A DNA stretch of 64,000 nt from Candidatus Parcubacteria bacterium (GTDB lineage: Bacteria; Patescibacteriota; Minisyncoccia; Phycocordibacterales; UBA2100). The notes beneath the pieces are model-generated. The model saw only the letters and a list, made by a program, of their open reading frames with translations, made no database searches and was not told the origin of the DNA. The position numbers and the translations under genes were made by a program. The DNA lies in the NCBI GenBank assembly GCA_041168925.1, contig JBEEJY010000019.1, forward strand, positions 2,384 through 66,383, read 5' to 3'. Shown in pieces: positions 23,193-31,973 of the stretch (position 1 is the first letter of the stretch; every line of letters starts with the position of its first letter).

Positions 23193-24926
23193 ATGGCGGA
23201 CACGGTACAGCAGATCAAGGACAAACTTTCCATCGTCGACGTCGTCTCGCAGTACGTGAAGCTCGAGCGCGCAGGCCAGGGCCTGCGCGCTCGATGCCCC
23301 TTTCACGCGGAAAAAACTCCTTCGTTCCACGTCTCACCGGAGCGCGGCACGTATCATTGCTTCGGATGCGGCGTCGGCGGCGACATATTCAGCTTCGTCG
23401 AGGCCATCGAAGGATTAGATTTCAAGGGCGCGCTTAAGGTGCTTGCGGAGAGGGCGGGCGTCGAGATCATATACAGTCGTGGCGGCAAGGAACAGAAAGA
23501 CGGACGCGATCGGCTCTTCGAACTCATGGAAGCCGCGACGATTTTCTACGTCTCGCGACTTACCGATGCGGCAAAAGGATATTTGAAAGAGCGGGGAATC
23601 TCCGAAGAAACGTTCAAGCAATTCCGGCTCGGTCTTGCGGGGGAGTCATGGAGTGAGGCGTCCGACTATTTGAAGCAGAGAAAATATTCGGACACAGAAT
23701 TGCTCGACGCGGGTATTTCGAAGAAAAACGAGCGGGGAAGTTTGACTGACAAGTTCAGGAACAGGATCATGTTCCCTATCGCCGACTCCGCCGGGCGCAT
23801 CGTCGGATTCTCCGGGCGTATCTTCGGTGAGAAAGCCTCGCCGGATGCGCCGAAGTACCTCAATTCTCCCGAAACTCCCCTCTTTCACAAATCAAAAATC
23901 CTCTACGGCTTCGACCGGGCCAAGCAGTCGATCAGGAAGCATCAATGCGCGGTCCTTGTGGAAGGGCAGATGGATCTCTTGGCTTCGCATCAGGCTGGAT
24001 GGAGCAATACTATCGCGGTATCAGGGACGGCTTTCACGCAGGATCATGCGACGCTTATCAAAAGAATGACGGATAACCTCGTGCTGGCTCTCGATGCCGA
24101 CGAGGCCGGCATCAAGGCGGCAGGAAGAGCCGCGAGAGCGGCGCTCCAAAGCGGGCTTAATGTGAAGGTCGCGAAGCTGCCCGCGGGCCTCGATCCGGCC
24201 GATCTCATTCAGAAAGAGGGGAAAGAGACGTGGAGTAAGGCGATCCGTGATTCGAAAGATATCATTACCTTCCTGCTCGACGTACTCGAAGAACATGCGA
24301 AAAACAAAGATGCGTTCCGCCGCGCGGTGGAAGCGATCGTGCTGCCGTTTCTCGCCGACGTCTCGTCTCCGATCGCACGAGAACATTACGAACAAGAGAT
24401 CAGCGAGCGTCTTATGGTATCGCGCGAGGCAATCGTCGAAGCACTCGCGAAAGTCCCTCGCGTGCCAAACTACAACGCCGCCCCTGAATCCAGGCCGAAC
24501 GACGCGTCATACCGGGAGAACAAAACGTCGCCGCGGTCTCACCACGCGTACGGAATTTTGCGCTGGCAGCAGAAGCTCGCGCAGCCTCAGCTTGATCTTA
24601 CCCGTCTTGAACGGGAGTTTGAAGAAGCCGTAGGTACGACGACATCGCACGTACTCCAACAATTGCCCGAAAAAGAAAAGGAAGCTCTCATATTTGCCGC
24701 TGAGCGGATGTACGCGAAGCCGGGAGCGCCGGAACGCGATCTCGAACGCGAGACGAAGACGCTGCTCGATGTCTTGCTGAAAGAGCGGCTCACCGCGGAT
24801 CTCAAAGAGGCGACCGAGGCCTTGAAAAACGCCGAGAATACCGGAGATGCGAAACAGGCGGCTGTGTATATCGATGTGTGTAAAGTGTTGACAACTCGGA
24901 TTGCGAAATTGCACGAAAAAGGATAG
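23193..24926 (+). CDS. dnaG: DNA primase
   Basis: CHC2 zinc finger (CPFHAEKTPSF...CFGCG) and toprim domain (VLVEGQMDLL). Confidence 0.9.
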   Translation: MADTVQQIKDKLSIVDVVSQYVKLERAGQGLRARCPFHAEKTPSFHVSPERGTYHCFGCGVGGDIFSFVEAIEGLDFKGALKVLAERAGVEIIYSRGGKEQKDGRDRLFELMEAATIFYVSRLTDAAKGYLKERGISEETFKQFRLGLAGESWSEASDYLKQRKYSDTELLDAGISKKNERGSLTDKFRNRIMFPIADSAGRIVGFSGRIFGEKASPDAPKYLNSPETPLFHKSKILYGFDRAKQSIRKHQCAVLVEGQMDLLASHQAGWSNTIAVSGTAFTQDHATLIKRMTDNLVLALDADEAGIKAAGRAARAALQSGLNVKVAKLPAGLDPADLIQKEGKETWSKAIRDSKDIITFLLDVLEEHAKNKDAFRRAVEAIVLPFLADVSSPIAREHYEQEISERLMVSREAIVEALAKVPRVPNYNAAPESRPNDASYRENKTSPRSHHAYGILRWQQKLAQPQLDLTRLEREFEEAVGTTTSHVLQQLPEKEKEALIFAAERMYAKPGAPERDLERETKTLLDVLLKERLTADLKEATEALKNAENTGDAKQAAVYIDVCKVLTTRIAKLHEKG

Positions 24927-25038
24927 AGTGACCCGCTCGTGTTGGCCGCCGGAGGCACCGCCTCAAAAAGGCCCTCAAAACGTAATATTTTAGGGTTTTA
25001 GGCAGTACAACACGATATACCGCGTTTATTTACGCCCG

Positions 25039-26352
25039 ATGAGGTGGGCGCAGCGCGCAAGTGATATGGCAAAGGAAAAACACAAGAAAACGACGCGAGG
25101 CAAAGCTTTCTCGGCAGGCAAACGCAAGAAAGCGTCAACCGGAAAGCGGTCGCGTTTGGCACGCAAAGCCGCTCGTCAGACGGCGCGCAAGCTGCGGCAG
25201 AAAGCGCGCAAGAAGGCAAGCCGCGCGTCGCAGTCGAACAAACAAAAACACTCCGGCGGCATCCGCGCGATGGGGCACAAACAACAAGACAAAGTTGAAG
25301 CGCTCATCACGCTCGGCCGAGAGCGCGGCTACGTGACCTACGACGAAATCTTGCGAGAATTTCCGACGATCGAGGACAACGTCGTTCTCCTTGAGGAGAT
25401 GTATGAACGCTTCGGCGCCGCCGGCATCGACGTCTTGGAAGGCGGCGGCATGCTCGAGGATTCCTCGGCAGACTCGGTGCTTGCTTCCAAAAAGCTGCAG
25501 AATCGCCGTTCGGATTCGAGTTATGATAGCGTTCAGATGTATCTGCGAGAAATCGGCCAGTACCAGCTTCTCACCGGCAACCAGGAAAAAGAACTCGCGA
25601 AGCGCATTTTGCAGGGCGACGAAGAGGCGCGAAGCATTCTCGCGCGCTCCAATTTGCGCCTCGTCGTGTCGATAGCGAAGAAATACGTGAATCGCTCCCC
25701 CGATCTGACCCTTCTTGATCTAATCCAGGAAGGAAATCTCGGGCTGTTCAAGGCTGTAGATAAGTTCGATCATACAAAGGGCTACAAATTCTCGACTTAC
25801 GCCACCTGGTGGATCCGCCAGGCGATTACCCGCGCGCTTGCCGACCAATCGCGCACGATCCGGATCCCCGTGCACATGGTGGAGACGATCGCGAAATACA
25901 AGCAAAAAGTGCGCGAACTCTCGCAACACCTCGGCCGCGATCCGCTTCCGGAGGAAATCGCCGCGGAAATGGGCATCGAACTCGACAAGATCTACACCAT
26001 CCAGAAGATCAATCAGGACACCGTTTCGCTCGAATCGCCGGTGGGGGAAGACGACGACGAGCGCTCCACTCTCGGCTCATTTATCGCCGACGACACCATC
26101 GCTTCGCCGGACCAGGATGCTTCACGCAGAATTCTGAATGAGCAGATGATCGAAATTCTCGATGAGCTTTCACCAAAGGAGCGCAAGATACTCGAAATGC
26201 GCAACGGACTCACGCCCGAGGGCATCTGCTTCACGCTCGAAGAAGTTGGCAGGGAATTTGGCGTTACCCGCGAACGAATCAGGCAGATTGAAGCGAAGGC
26301 TTTGGAGCGGATCCGCTTTCACGAGCGCGCGAAGCAGTTGAGGAGTTACTAG
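25039..26352 (+). CDS. rpoD: RNA polymerase sigma-70 factor
   Basis: Region 2 ([13 protein letters not shown]), region 4 HTH, Lys-rich N-terminal region. Confidence 0.9.
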   Translation: MRWAQRASDMAKEKHKKTTRGKAFSAGKRKKASTGKRSRLARKAARQTARKLRQKARKKASRASQSNKQKHSGGIRAMGHKQQDKVEALITLGRERGYVTYDEILREFPTIEDNVVLLEEMYERFGAAGIDVLEGGGMLEDSSADSVLASKKLQNRRSDSSYDSVQMYLREIGQYQLLTGNQEKELAKRILQGDEEARSILARSNLRLVVSIAKKYVNRSPDLTLLDLIQEGNLGLFKAVDKFDHTKGYKFSTYATWWIRQAITRALADQSRTIRIPVHMVETIAKYKQKVRELSQHLGRDPLPEEIAAEMGIELDKIYTIQKINQDTVSLESPVGEDDDERSTLGSFIADDTIASPDQDASRRILNEQMIEILDELSPKERKILEMRNGLTPEGICFTLEEVGREFGVTRERIRQIEAKALERIRFHERAKQLRSY

Positions 26353-26416
26353 TCCGCCAGACTCGCCTGCCGCAGGCAAGTTGAAGACAAAACTCTCGAG
26401 CGCTCCCGCCTTGGTT

Positions 26417-26456
26417 GAGCATCACATATTCAAAAATCTGTACGACCGTGGTGATT
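26417..26456. repeat. 40-bp palindromic intergenic element, copy 1
   Basis: ATATTCAAAAATC-tgtACGACCGTggt-GATTTTTGAATAT, lying between convergent genes. Confidence 0.7.
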
Positions 26457-26492
26457 TTTGAATATTGATTCTTGTGTAAGATCGACATCAAA

Positions 26493-26519
26493 CGGCCGGG
26501 CTGCAAAGAAGCCCGGCCG
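26493..26519. repeat. GC-rich REP-like hairpin, copy 1, probable terminator
   Basis: ATCAAACGGCCGGGC-loop-GCCCGGCCGGTC. The same arms recur at 27978..28010. Confidence 0.55.
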
Positions 26520-26544
26520 GTCGGCAGCCGATCATTACTTGATC

Positions 26545-26991
26545 TTACGCTGCGTTGCTGCGCGCGATGTCGCACTTCATGGAGTGCCGCACTTCGAGCG
26601 CGTCCTCGATATTGACGTGTTCGACGTTGATTCCGCGAGACGCGAAAATCGCAGCCGCAAATCGGATGTCGATGTTGAGCACCACCCACGGCTTGTAGGG
26701 ATGTATTGCAAGCGCGTCGGCCAGCTTCACGGCTCCCTCGCAGATCTCGTCCTCGCCCAACTTCACATGATTCGTGATATACACGAGATCGAGTTCCGGC
26801 CGCTTGCCGATGAACGTCACCGCGTAGTCGAACGATCTCACCGGATTGGCGACGTAGTTCCAGCCCATGTGCCGACCAAGCAGGCCATCCTTCACGGACC
26901 TCTGGAAGTGATCGTAGAAACTCGCAGCAACCCCGATCATCAGCACGTCGGCATACATCGGCACTACTCCGCGAATGGTTCTCACTTGCAT
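26545..26991 (-). CDS. Hypothetical protein, possible flavodoxin-like fold
   Basis: 148 aa beginning MQVRTIRG, with alternating hydrophobic strands (YADVLMIGV, DLVYITNH, PWVVLNIDI). The longer upstream extension in the ORF track lacks support. Confidence 0.45.
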   Translation of the reverse strand: MQVRTIRGVVPMYADVLMIGVAASFYDHFQRSVKDGLLGRHMGWNYVANPVRSFDYAVTFIGKRPELDLVYITNHVKLGEDEICEGAVKLADALAIHPYKPWVVLNIDIRFAAAIFASRGINVEHVNIEDALEVRHSMKCDIARSNAA

Positions 26992-27096
26992 CGTCTGCTC
27001 CTCACGGCGGTCAGCCCCGCCTTTGGCAACCGGTAGGACAATACAGCATTCCGAACCATCATTCAAATCAAGCGCCTCGCGTGTTACATTGTTTTT

Positions 27097-27426
27097 ATGC
27101 GGGAGGGTATACAGCCGGTACCGAATACGCCGGAGTACATCGAAGTAATAAAAACAGGGTTTAAAGACGCCGGTAACAAACTTCATTTTGAGTTCAAATT
27201 TGCACACCCCGTCTCTCCGGAGCGCATGAAAGAGATGTGGGGCGATAAAGAAAGCGCGATCCATAATATAATGCTTCACAGGTTGCAGGAGAAGGGATGG
27301 CTCACCGGAAACGGCATGAACGAAACCGTCCCCTTCAGCAATGCCGGGGAGCATAGCGACGACGGAAGAACGTGGACGTTTGAGTGCCAGCGTACCGATG
27401 TCGGGGACGAGGATGACGAGGATTGA
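27097..27426 (+). CDS. Hypothetical protein with an acidic C-terminus
   Basis: 109-aa ORF divergent from 26545..26991, ending in DVGDEDDED. Confidence 0.45.
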   Translation: MREGIQPVPNTPEYIEVIKTGFKDAGNKLHFEFKFAHPVSPERMKEMWGDKESAIHNIMLHRLQEKGWLTGNGMNETVPFSNAGEHSDDGRTWTFECQRTDVGDEDDED

Positions 27427-27461
27427 GACTTCTCTATTCTATCTTATTATCGGCGCTCTAG

Positions 27462-27490
27462 AAAACGGCCGCGCTTTGCGCGGCCGTTTT
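27462..27490. terminator. Bidirectional rho-independent terminator
   Basis: AAAACGGCCGCGC-tttg-GCGCGGCCGTTTT, a perfect hairpin with A and T tracts on both sides, between convergent genes. Confidence 0.7.
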
Positions 27491-27510
27491 GTGTCGAAGT
27501 CGAAAGGTGT

Positions 27511-27822
27511 TTATGAGGCGGCCACGTGAGCCCTCTGCGCTCGCTCGTGTTCGTACGCGGCCGCAGCGGCCTCGGCTTTTCTCTGCTCGCGGCGAAGCTC
27601 ACGGCGCGCCGCGTACTCGTCGATACTCCGCTGGACGGCATCCGGAATCATCGCAAGCAACGTGATAACGATGCCAAACACGGCGGATGAGATCAACACG
27701 ATCGCGAGCGGAGCGGTGAAACTCCACGAGAGCATATGCACCGCCACGAGCGCGCTGTTATCCATCGCGAAGACGACCGCGAATGCTCCGAGAAAGGCAC
27801 CCAAAAGCAAGATAAATACCAT
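27511..27822 (-). CDS. Small two-TM membrane protein with a charged coiled tail (LapA-like architecture)
   Basis: Two N-terminal TM helices, then RRELRREQRKAEAAAAAYEHE. Confidence 0.45.
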   Translation of the reverse strand: MVFILLLGAFLGAFAVVFAMDNSALVAVHMLSWSFTAPLAIVLISSAVFGIVITLLAMIPDAVQRSIDEYAARRELRREQRKAEAAAAAYEHERAQRAHVAAS

Positions 27823-27977
27823 ACGTTATGCAATTACCTGATAACCTCACATGTAAAAGACGCTTCACTGTAGCCCTTATTTCATGTTGTAATGATGAAA
27901 ATGTTATCATCAATACACACATGTCTTCCACAACCGAGCAGATTTGTGTATGTGACTTAGAGATCCTCCAAATCAAA

Positions 27978-28010
27978 CGGCCGGGCAATCCACTTCAGTG
28001 GGCCCGGCCG
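27978..28010 (-). terminator. GC-rich REP-like hairpin, copy 2, probable minus-strand terminator
   Basis: CGGCCGGGC-N15-GCCCGGCCG. On the minus strand it is followed by TTTGATTTGG. Confidence 0.5.
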
Positions 28011-28017
28011 GTCCTTG

Positions 28018-28191
28018 TCAGTAGCCGATTGGCTTGATCCAAGGAAGATCTCTCGAGAGCATCCCTTCGACATCAATGCCAAGGTAGCTGAGGATCGCTG
28101 TAATGATCACTACGAGAGCAAAGATCAGCGGCAGGATCTGTTGAACTCGTCCCATGAGCCCGGGAGGTCCCGGAAAGCCTGGGAGAAGCAT
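28018..28191 (-). CDS. Small hydrophobic peptide C (57 aa), absent from the ORF track
   Basis: Hand translation gives MLLPGFPGPPGLMGRVQQILPLIFALVVIITAILSYLGIDVEGMLSRDLPWIKPIGY. An AAGGAGG RBS lies 5-6 nt upstream of the ATG. Confidence 0.45.
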   Translation of the reverse strand: MLLPGFPGPPGLMGRVQQILPLIFALVVIITAILSYLGIDVEGMLSRDLPWIKPIGY

Positions 28192-28202
28192 GACGACCTC
28201 CT

Positions 28203-28388
28203 TTACCTAGTGACCAAGCTTGCGCAGGTCATCTCGCTTGATGAGACCTGCCCGGTGCCGAAGAAGATGACAGGGCCGACGCGGCCGCCGCTCATCGCAG
28301 CGCTCGCATAAAGGCCGTAGCCATATCGCACTGCTATGAACGCTACAAGCGCCAGCAGTGCGGAGAGGGCGACTTTTGCGTAGTCCAT
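28203..28388 (-). CDS. Small hydrophobic peptide B (61 aa)
   Basis: MDYAKVALSALLALVAFIAVRYGYGLYASAAMSGG... with an AAGGAG RBS upstream. Confidence 0.45.
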   Translation of the reverse strand: MDYAKVALSALLALVAFIAVRYGYGLYASAAMSGGRVGPVIFFGTGQVSSSEMTCASLVTR

Positions 28389-28401
28389 GGAAGTCTCCTT
28401 T

Positions 28402-28572
28402 TTAGGACATTATCCAGCCCGCCACGAGCGATATGATGCCGCCGTAGAGGCAGACGCATATCAAAAGGGCGAGCAGCGGGGCAGAGGCGATATATCCCCC
28501 TCCATAGGGGATACCGAGGACGCCAAGGGTTAGCCCAAGGACGCCCAGCAGGGTGAGCAGAAGCCATGTGGG
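28402..28572 (-). CDS. Small hydrophobic peptide A (57 aa), paralog of B
   Basis: MPTWLLLTLLGVLGLTLGVLGIPYGGGYIASAPLL... with a GGAG RBS. It shares the Y-G-x-Y-(I/A)-A-S-A core with peptide B. A longer form up to 28644 is possible. Confidence 0.4.
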   Translation of the reverse strand, partial: PTWLLLTLLGVLGLTLGVLGIPYGGGYIASAPLLALLICVCLYGGIISLVAGWIMS

Positions 28573-28646
28573 CATGGGGAGAGCTCCGTTGCGGTTGTTC
28601 ACTATTGTAGCCACGGCAAATCTACCCCTTATGCCGGGATTGTCCA

Positions 28647-28880
28647 TCAGCGTGATCCGACCGAGAATGTCTTGGAAGGCGAGCGATGGCCTTTGACGAT
28701 ACGTACGTGTTTGCCAGGCACCTTGCACGCGAGCGCGAGGAGCTCGATAACGCGGGAATTGGCCGCATTGCGCTCCGGCTTCTCGCGCACGGCTATCTCG
28801 AAGCGGTCGTCGGCCACTTTTCGCACGCTCTCTCTGCGGACACCCGTTCTGACTTTCACTTTCACGAGCATATCCGCCAT
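28647..28880 (-). CDS. DUF167/YggU-family small protein
   Basis: MADMLVKVKVRTGVRRESV...GKHVRIVKGHRSPSKTF matches the UPF0235 pattern (VKVKPGA...V.LVSG..SR.K). Confidence 0.6.
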   Translation of the reverse strand: MADMLVKVKVRTGVRRESVRKVADDRFEIAVREKPERNAANSRVIELLALACKVPGKHVRIVKGHRSPSKTFSVGSR

Positions 28881-28908
28881 CTTCTCATTTTTTCGACTTT
28901 GTAGTAGG

Positions 28909-29979
28909 ATGTCGCGCAATATGGCCGGAAAAAAGGGAAATTTGGCGCAGTTCATTCTCGAGCGCAACAAGAAGCAAAGCGCCGAATTTGCCTCGCCTGG
29001 CGCGCAGTTGGCTCGTCGCCTGTATCGTGCCCAGCACCCGAGCGAGATCATCGCGCTCAAGTGCATGGATGGCCGGCTCAACCTCGCGATCATGACCTCG
29101 ACGCCTCCCGGCATCATCAAGCCCTATCGCAATATCGGCGGCAAGTTCGACCTCGGCTGGCCCTATTTCGGCAGGCTCATTCTCGACGACATCGAGTATT
29201 CGGTCTCGAAAGGCAGACCGACCATCGTACTCTCCACGTATCATTTCTCGAAAGGGGATGAGCATCGCGGCTGTGCGGGGCATGGGTACGATACCGAAGC
29301 TGCCCGCAAGGGCGCGATCAGGCTCGCGCAACAATTCATCTCCGCTTTCGGTGGCAACCATGTTGCCGTTTTTTCGATGGTCGTCGGTATCGAGACCGAT
29401 CAAGGCGGGCTCGTTTTTCATGGCGAAGGGAAAGACACGTTCGATGTCGCCCGCCATACGGACGCTTCGGAAGACGGAATTCACAGCCACCTTCGCCACA
29501 TGTTCCCGAAACTTCCCGAGCACATCATAGACGACCTTACTCCGCTCGTCGCGGGTAATCAGAAGTATGTCGAAGCTGTCCGTGCGCAAAGGCGTCCCAT
29601 AGTCGAAATGGAGCATAAAGAACAGATCATCGCGGTCGGCCGCGGTTTCGACTGGCTCCATTTGCCGAATCGCGCGCTCATGATCGGGCCGTACGATCCG
29701 CAGTGGGAAGCGGCAGTCGCGGTGGCGGGCAACATCGTGCTCGGCAACATGAAATCCAAGCGAATTCCGGAAAGGGAAGGCGTACTCCTCCTCATCTCCG
29801 CGCCCTTCCGCTCGGTCGGCGCCGATCAGGGAGTTGCGGCGGAAAAAGTACAATTTCTCGAGCGGGAGGCGCTGCGCGTCTTGGAGGAGCGCGTGCCGAA
29901 TATCGTGAAAAAATTGAAAGTCCTCGCAGGCACCGTCGACCTCAACACCCGCCAATTTCACGTCTTACGACGGTCATAA
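28909..29979 (+). CDS. Hypothetical 356-aa protein with beta-carbonic-anhydrase-like metal-site motifs
   Basis: C52-M-D54-G-R56 and H119-R-G-C122 fit the beta-CA CxDxR and HxxC motifs with plausible spacing. About 150 aa of extra C-terminal sequence is unassigned. Confidence 0.55.
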   Translation: MSRNMAGKKGNLAQFILERNKKQSAEFASPGAQLARRLYRAQHPSEIIALKCMDGRLNLAIMTSTPPGIIKPYRNIGGKFDLGWPYFGRLILDDIEYSVSKGRPTIVLSTYHFSKGDEHRGCAGHGYDTEAARKGAIRLAQQFISAFGGNHVAVFSMVVGIETDQGGLVFHGEGKDTFDVARHTDASEDGIHSHLRHMFPKLPEHIIDDLTPLVAGNQKYVEAVRAQRRPIVEMEHKEQIIAVGRGFDWLHLPNRALMIGPYDPQWEAAVAVAGNIVLGNMKSKRIPEREGVLLLISAPFRSVGADQGVAAEKVQFLEREALRVLEERVPNIVKKLKVLAGTVDLNTRQFHVLRRS

Positions 29980-30037
29980 AAAAGAGCGAGCGCGAACCAG
30001 GCGGTTCGCGCTCGAATGTCCGACTGACAGAGCAGGT

Positions 30038-30787
30038 TCAGGCCACCCTGACCTCGCCGGTGATCCCCATGAACGCGTTGATCCGCTTTTCCGTCACCGA
30101 CAGGGCCTCTCGGCACATCTCGGTTTCGGCGAAGCTTGCCCTGATGAAGTGGACGGGCTTCTGCTTCGGGATCCGGTTGAAGTACGCGTCGATCGCATTC
30201 TCTTCGAATTTGACGAACTGGACGCGCCGGATGAACGGAACCGATGCGAGAATGGGTTTCTCGTTCGCCATACGGGACGCGACGTCTTCCGGATTCGCGC
30301 GCGTGATGATGTACTCGGGCGGGCTGAAATGCTTGAAGAACGTCTCCACCAATCCGCCGTGCACCTCGTAGACCTGGTCGATGACGGGCAGGTCGAGCCT
30401 GAATTCGTGCGTCACCGCCGAATGAAGCAGCAGATTGAGTCCGAATCCGTGGAAGACAGCGACGACCTTCACGCCCTTGTTGAGCAGAGGCGCGATGCGC
30501 TCGTTGATGATCTTGCGCATCACGCCGACCATGCCCGCCCAGTCGGTCAAAAGACGCGCGAGCGGATCGGTGTCCCATTCTTCTTGCCACAGCAGCGGAC
30601 AGGAAAGCGCCGGGAGTTCGCGCAAGAGGTCGATGGCGATCACTTCGACGCCGGTCGAGCACGGGTACATGCCCGGAAGATTGTGCATAAGGAACTCGAA
30701 CACATTGTGTCGATACGTGTACCGCTGGCCGCTCACGGCGAGCCCGAGGAACCTCTCGTGGAGTGTGTGTCCGTCAAGTCGCGTCAT
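30038..30787 (-). CDS. Hypothetical protein
   Basis: 249 aa from MTRLDG, with an AAAGGGG RBS upstream. Contains VVAVFHGFG but no clear hydrolase triad. Confidence 0.45.
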   Translation of the reverse strand: MTRLDGHTLHERFLGLAVSGQRYTYRHNVFEFLMHNLPGMYPCSTGVEVIAIDLLRELPALSCPLLWQEEWDTDPLARLLTDWAGMVGVMRKIINERIAPLLNKGVKVVAVFHGFGLNLLLHSAVTHEFRLDLPVIDQVYEVHGGLVETFFKHFSPPEYIITRANPEDVASRMANEKPILASVPFIRRVQFVKFEENAIDAYFNRIPKQKPVHFIRASFAETEMCREALSVTEKRINAFMGITGEVRVA

Positions 30788-31148
30788 TCGAGACCCCTTT
30801 CTATTAGAGTGGCGCGATCGGAGCATCCTATTCCGAAGCTAAAAAAAGTCAAAAAATCATGACGGGCAATGAAAAGCCCGGCTGTGCTCCCGCCGGGCTC
30901 GTTCCATACTATCGAACATTTGATTGGGCGCGGTTCTGCCAGGTCAATCCTGAAGAACCTTGCCGGATCCCGTAACGACCACATGCTGGTCGCCGATCTT
31001 GTGCTCGCCGGCCCCAAGTGCTCGTATATCCCGTACTTCCGGCGAATCCTGGTCGCCAACGTCGACACGCTTGCGAGGCGTTTCTGCCTTGCGGTCGCTC
31101 ATCGTCATCTCCCTCATGTGGACGAAGTCCCGATGATATACTCGCCCC

Positions 31149-31973
31149 GTGAGAGAGTCAAAGGGACATATCCCCATCGCGCACTGGAGCCACTCCTCGC
31201 TCATGGCGTACCTGCGCAATCCGCTCGCATGGTACAAGCGCTACGTCGAGAAAATCTACGACACGCCTCACACGCCGTCTTCCATTATCGGGCGCGCGGG
31301 GCACGTGGCCCTGCAGCATTTTTACGGCGGCATCACGAAAGACGGAGCAATCGAGCTCGGCCTCGAGTATCTGCGCGATGTCCCGGATTTTGAAGTCAAA
31401 TTCGGGAAGGCCGCGAGCCGCGCGGCGAAAAGGAAGAAGCGCGTCTCGATGGAGCATGAATATCTGCAAGCAATCTCGTTCTATTTAGAGCGCCCGCCCG
31501 TGCATTCGGTAGTAGGCGTCGAAGTTGCGTCTATAGCAGATGTGCCAGGCTTGCCGCTTCCAATAAAGGCGATATCGGATCTCGTCGTCGAATCGAAAGG
31601 GAATCGCGGCGAGCTCGATATCGTCGATCACAAATTTGTCGATTCTTTCAGCGCGAGCAAAGCGCAAAAGACGCTTTTCGTTCTCCAGGCCATATTCAAC
31701 TACTACACGATACTCGAGATGTACCAGAAGCCGGTTCGGCGGTTCATCGTCTATGAATGCCGCAAGCGCAAGAATTTCGACGGCTCGCCGCAGCTCCGGA
31801 AATACGTCATCGAATATGCGAAGCACAAAGAGGACTTCGTCCTGTTCCGCCGACTGATGAAAGACGCGACCGAGCAGATCGTGCGCACGCGGGTATTCCT
31901 TCCGAACCCGTCGGATATGTTCGAAGGTGAAAACAGTTTCGATATCTACCGCCTCGGCCTTATCGACTCCTGA
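31149..31973 (+). CDS. PD-(D/E)XK family nuclease (Cas4/RecB-like fold, no Fe-S cysteines)
   Basis: ISDLVVESKGNRGELDIVDHKF (D...ExK-like core, IVDHK about IVDYK) and a downstream QAIFNYY (QxxxY) motif. GTG start. Confidence 0.7.
   Translation: MRESKGHIPIAHWSHSSLMAYLRNPLAWYKRYVEKIYDTPHTPSSIIGRAGHVALQHFYGGITKDGAIELGLEYLRDVPDFEVKFGKAASRAAKRKKRVSMEHEYLQAISFYLERPPVHSVVGVEVASIADVPGLPLPIKAISDLVVESKGNRGELDIVDHKFVDSFSASKAQKTLFVLQAIFNYYTILEMYQKPVRRFIVYECRKRKNFDGSPQLRKYVIEYAKHKEDFVLFRRLMKDATEQIVRTRVFLPNPSDMFEGENSFDIYRLGLIDS

Noticed and set aside
26458-27036. 192-aa plus-strand ORF, and the 269-aa extended form of the minus-strand gene 26545..27354
   Set aside because: The plus ORF is antisense to the better minus gene. 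The minus gene's long N-terminal extension would cross the divergent promoter region and overlap the start of 27097..27426. The internal Met (MQVRTIRG) was chosen instead.
28672-28908. N-terminal 79-codon extension of the 28909..29979 ORF, and the antisense 358-aa ORF 28885..29961
   Set aside because: The extension overlaps the DUF167 gene on the other strand. The antisense ORF is Arg-rich and lies inside the better gene.
29958-31393. Arg-rich ORFs 29958..30662(-), 30149..30862(+), 30869..31393(+), and the small minus ORF 30944..31237
   Set aside because: Low-complexity Arg/His-rich frames overlapping the supported 30038..30787 gene or lying in the divergent promoter region upstream of the PD-(D/E)XK gene. 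The 30944..31237 frame overlaps that gene's start by about 90 nt.
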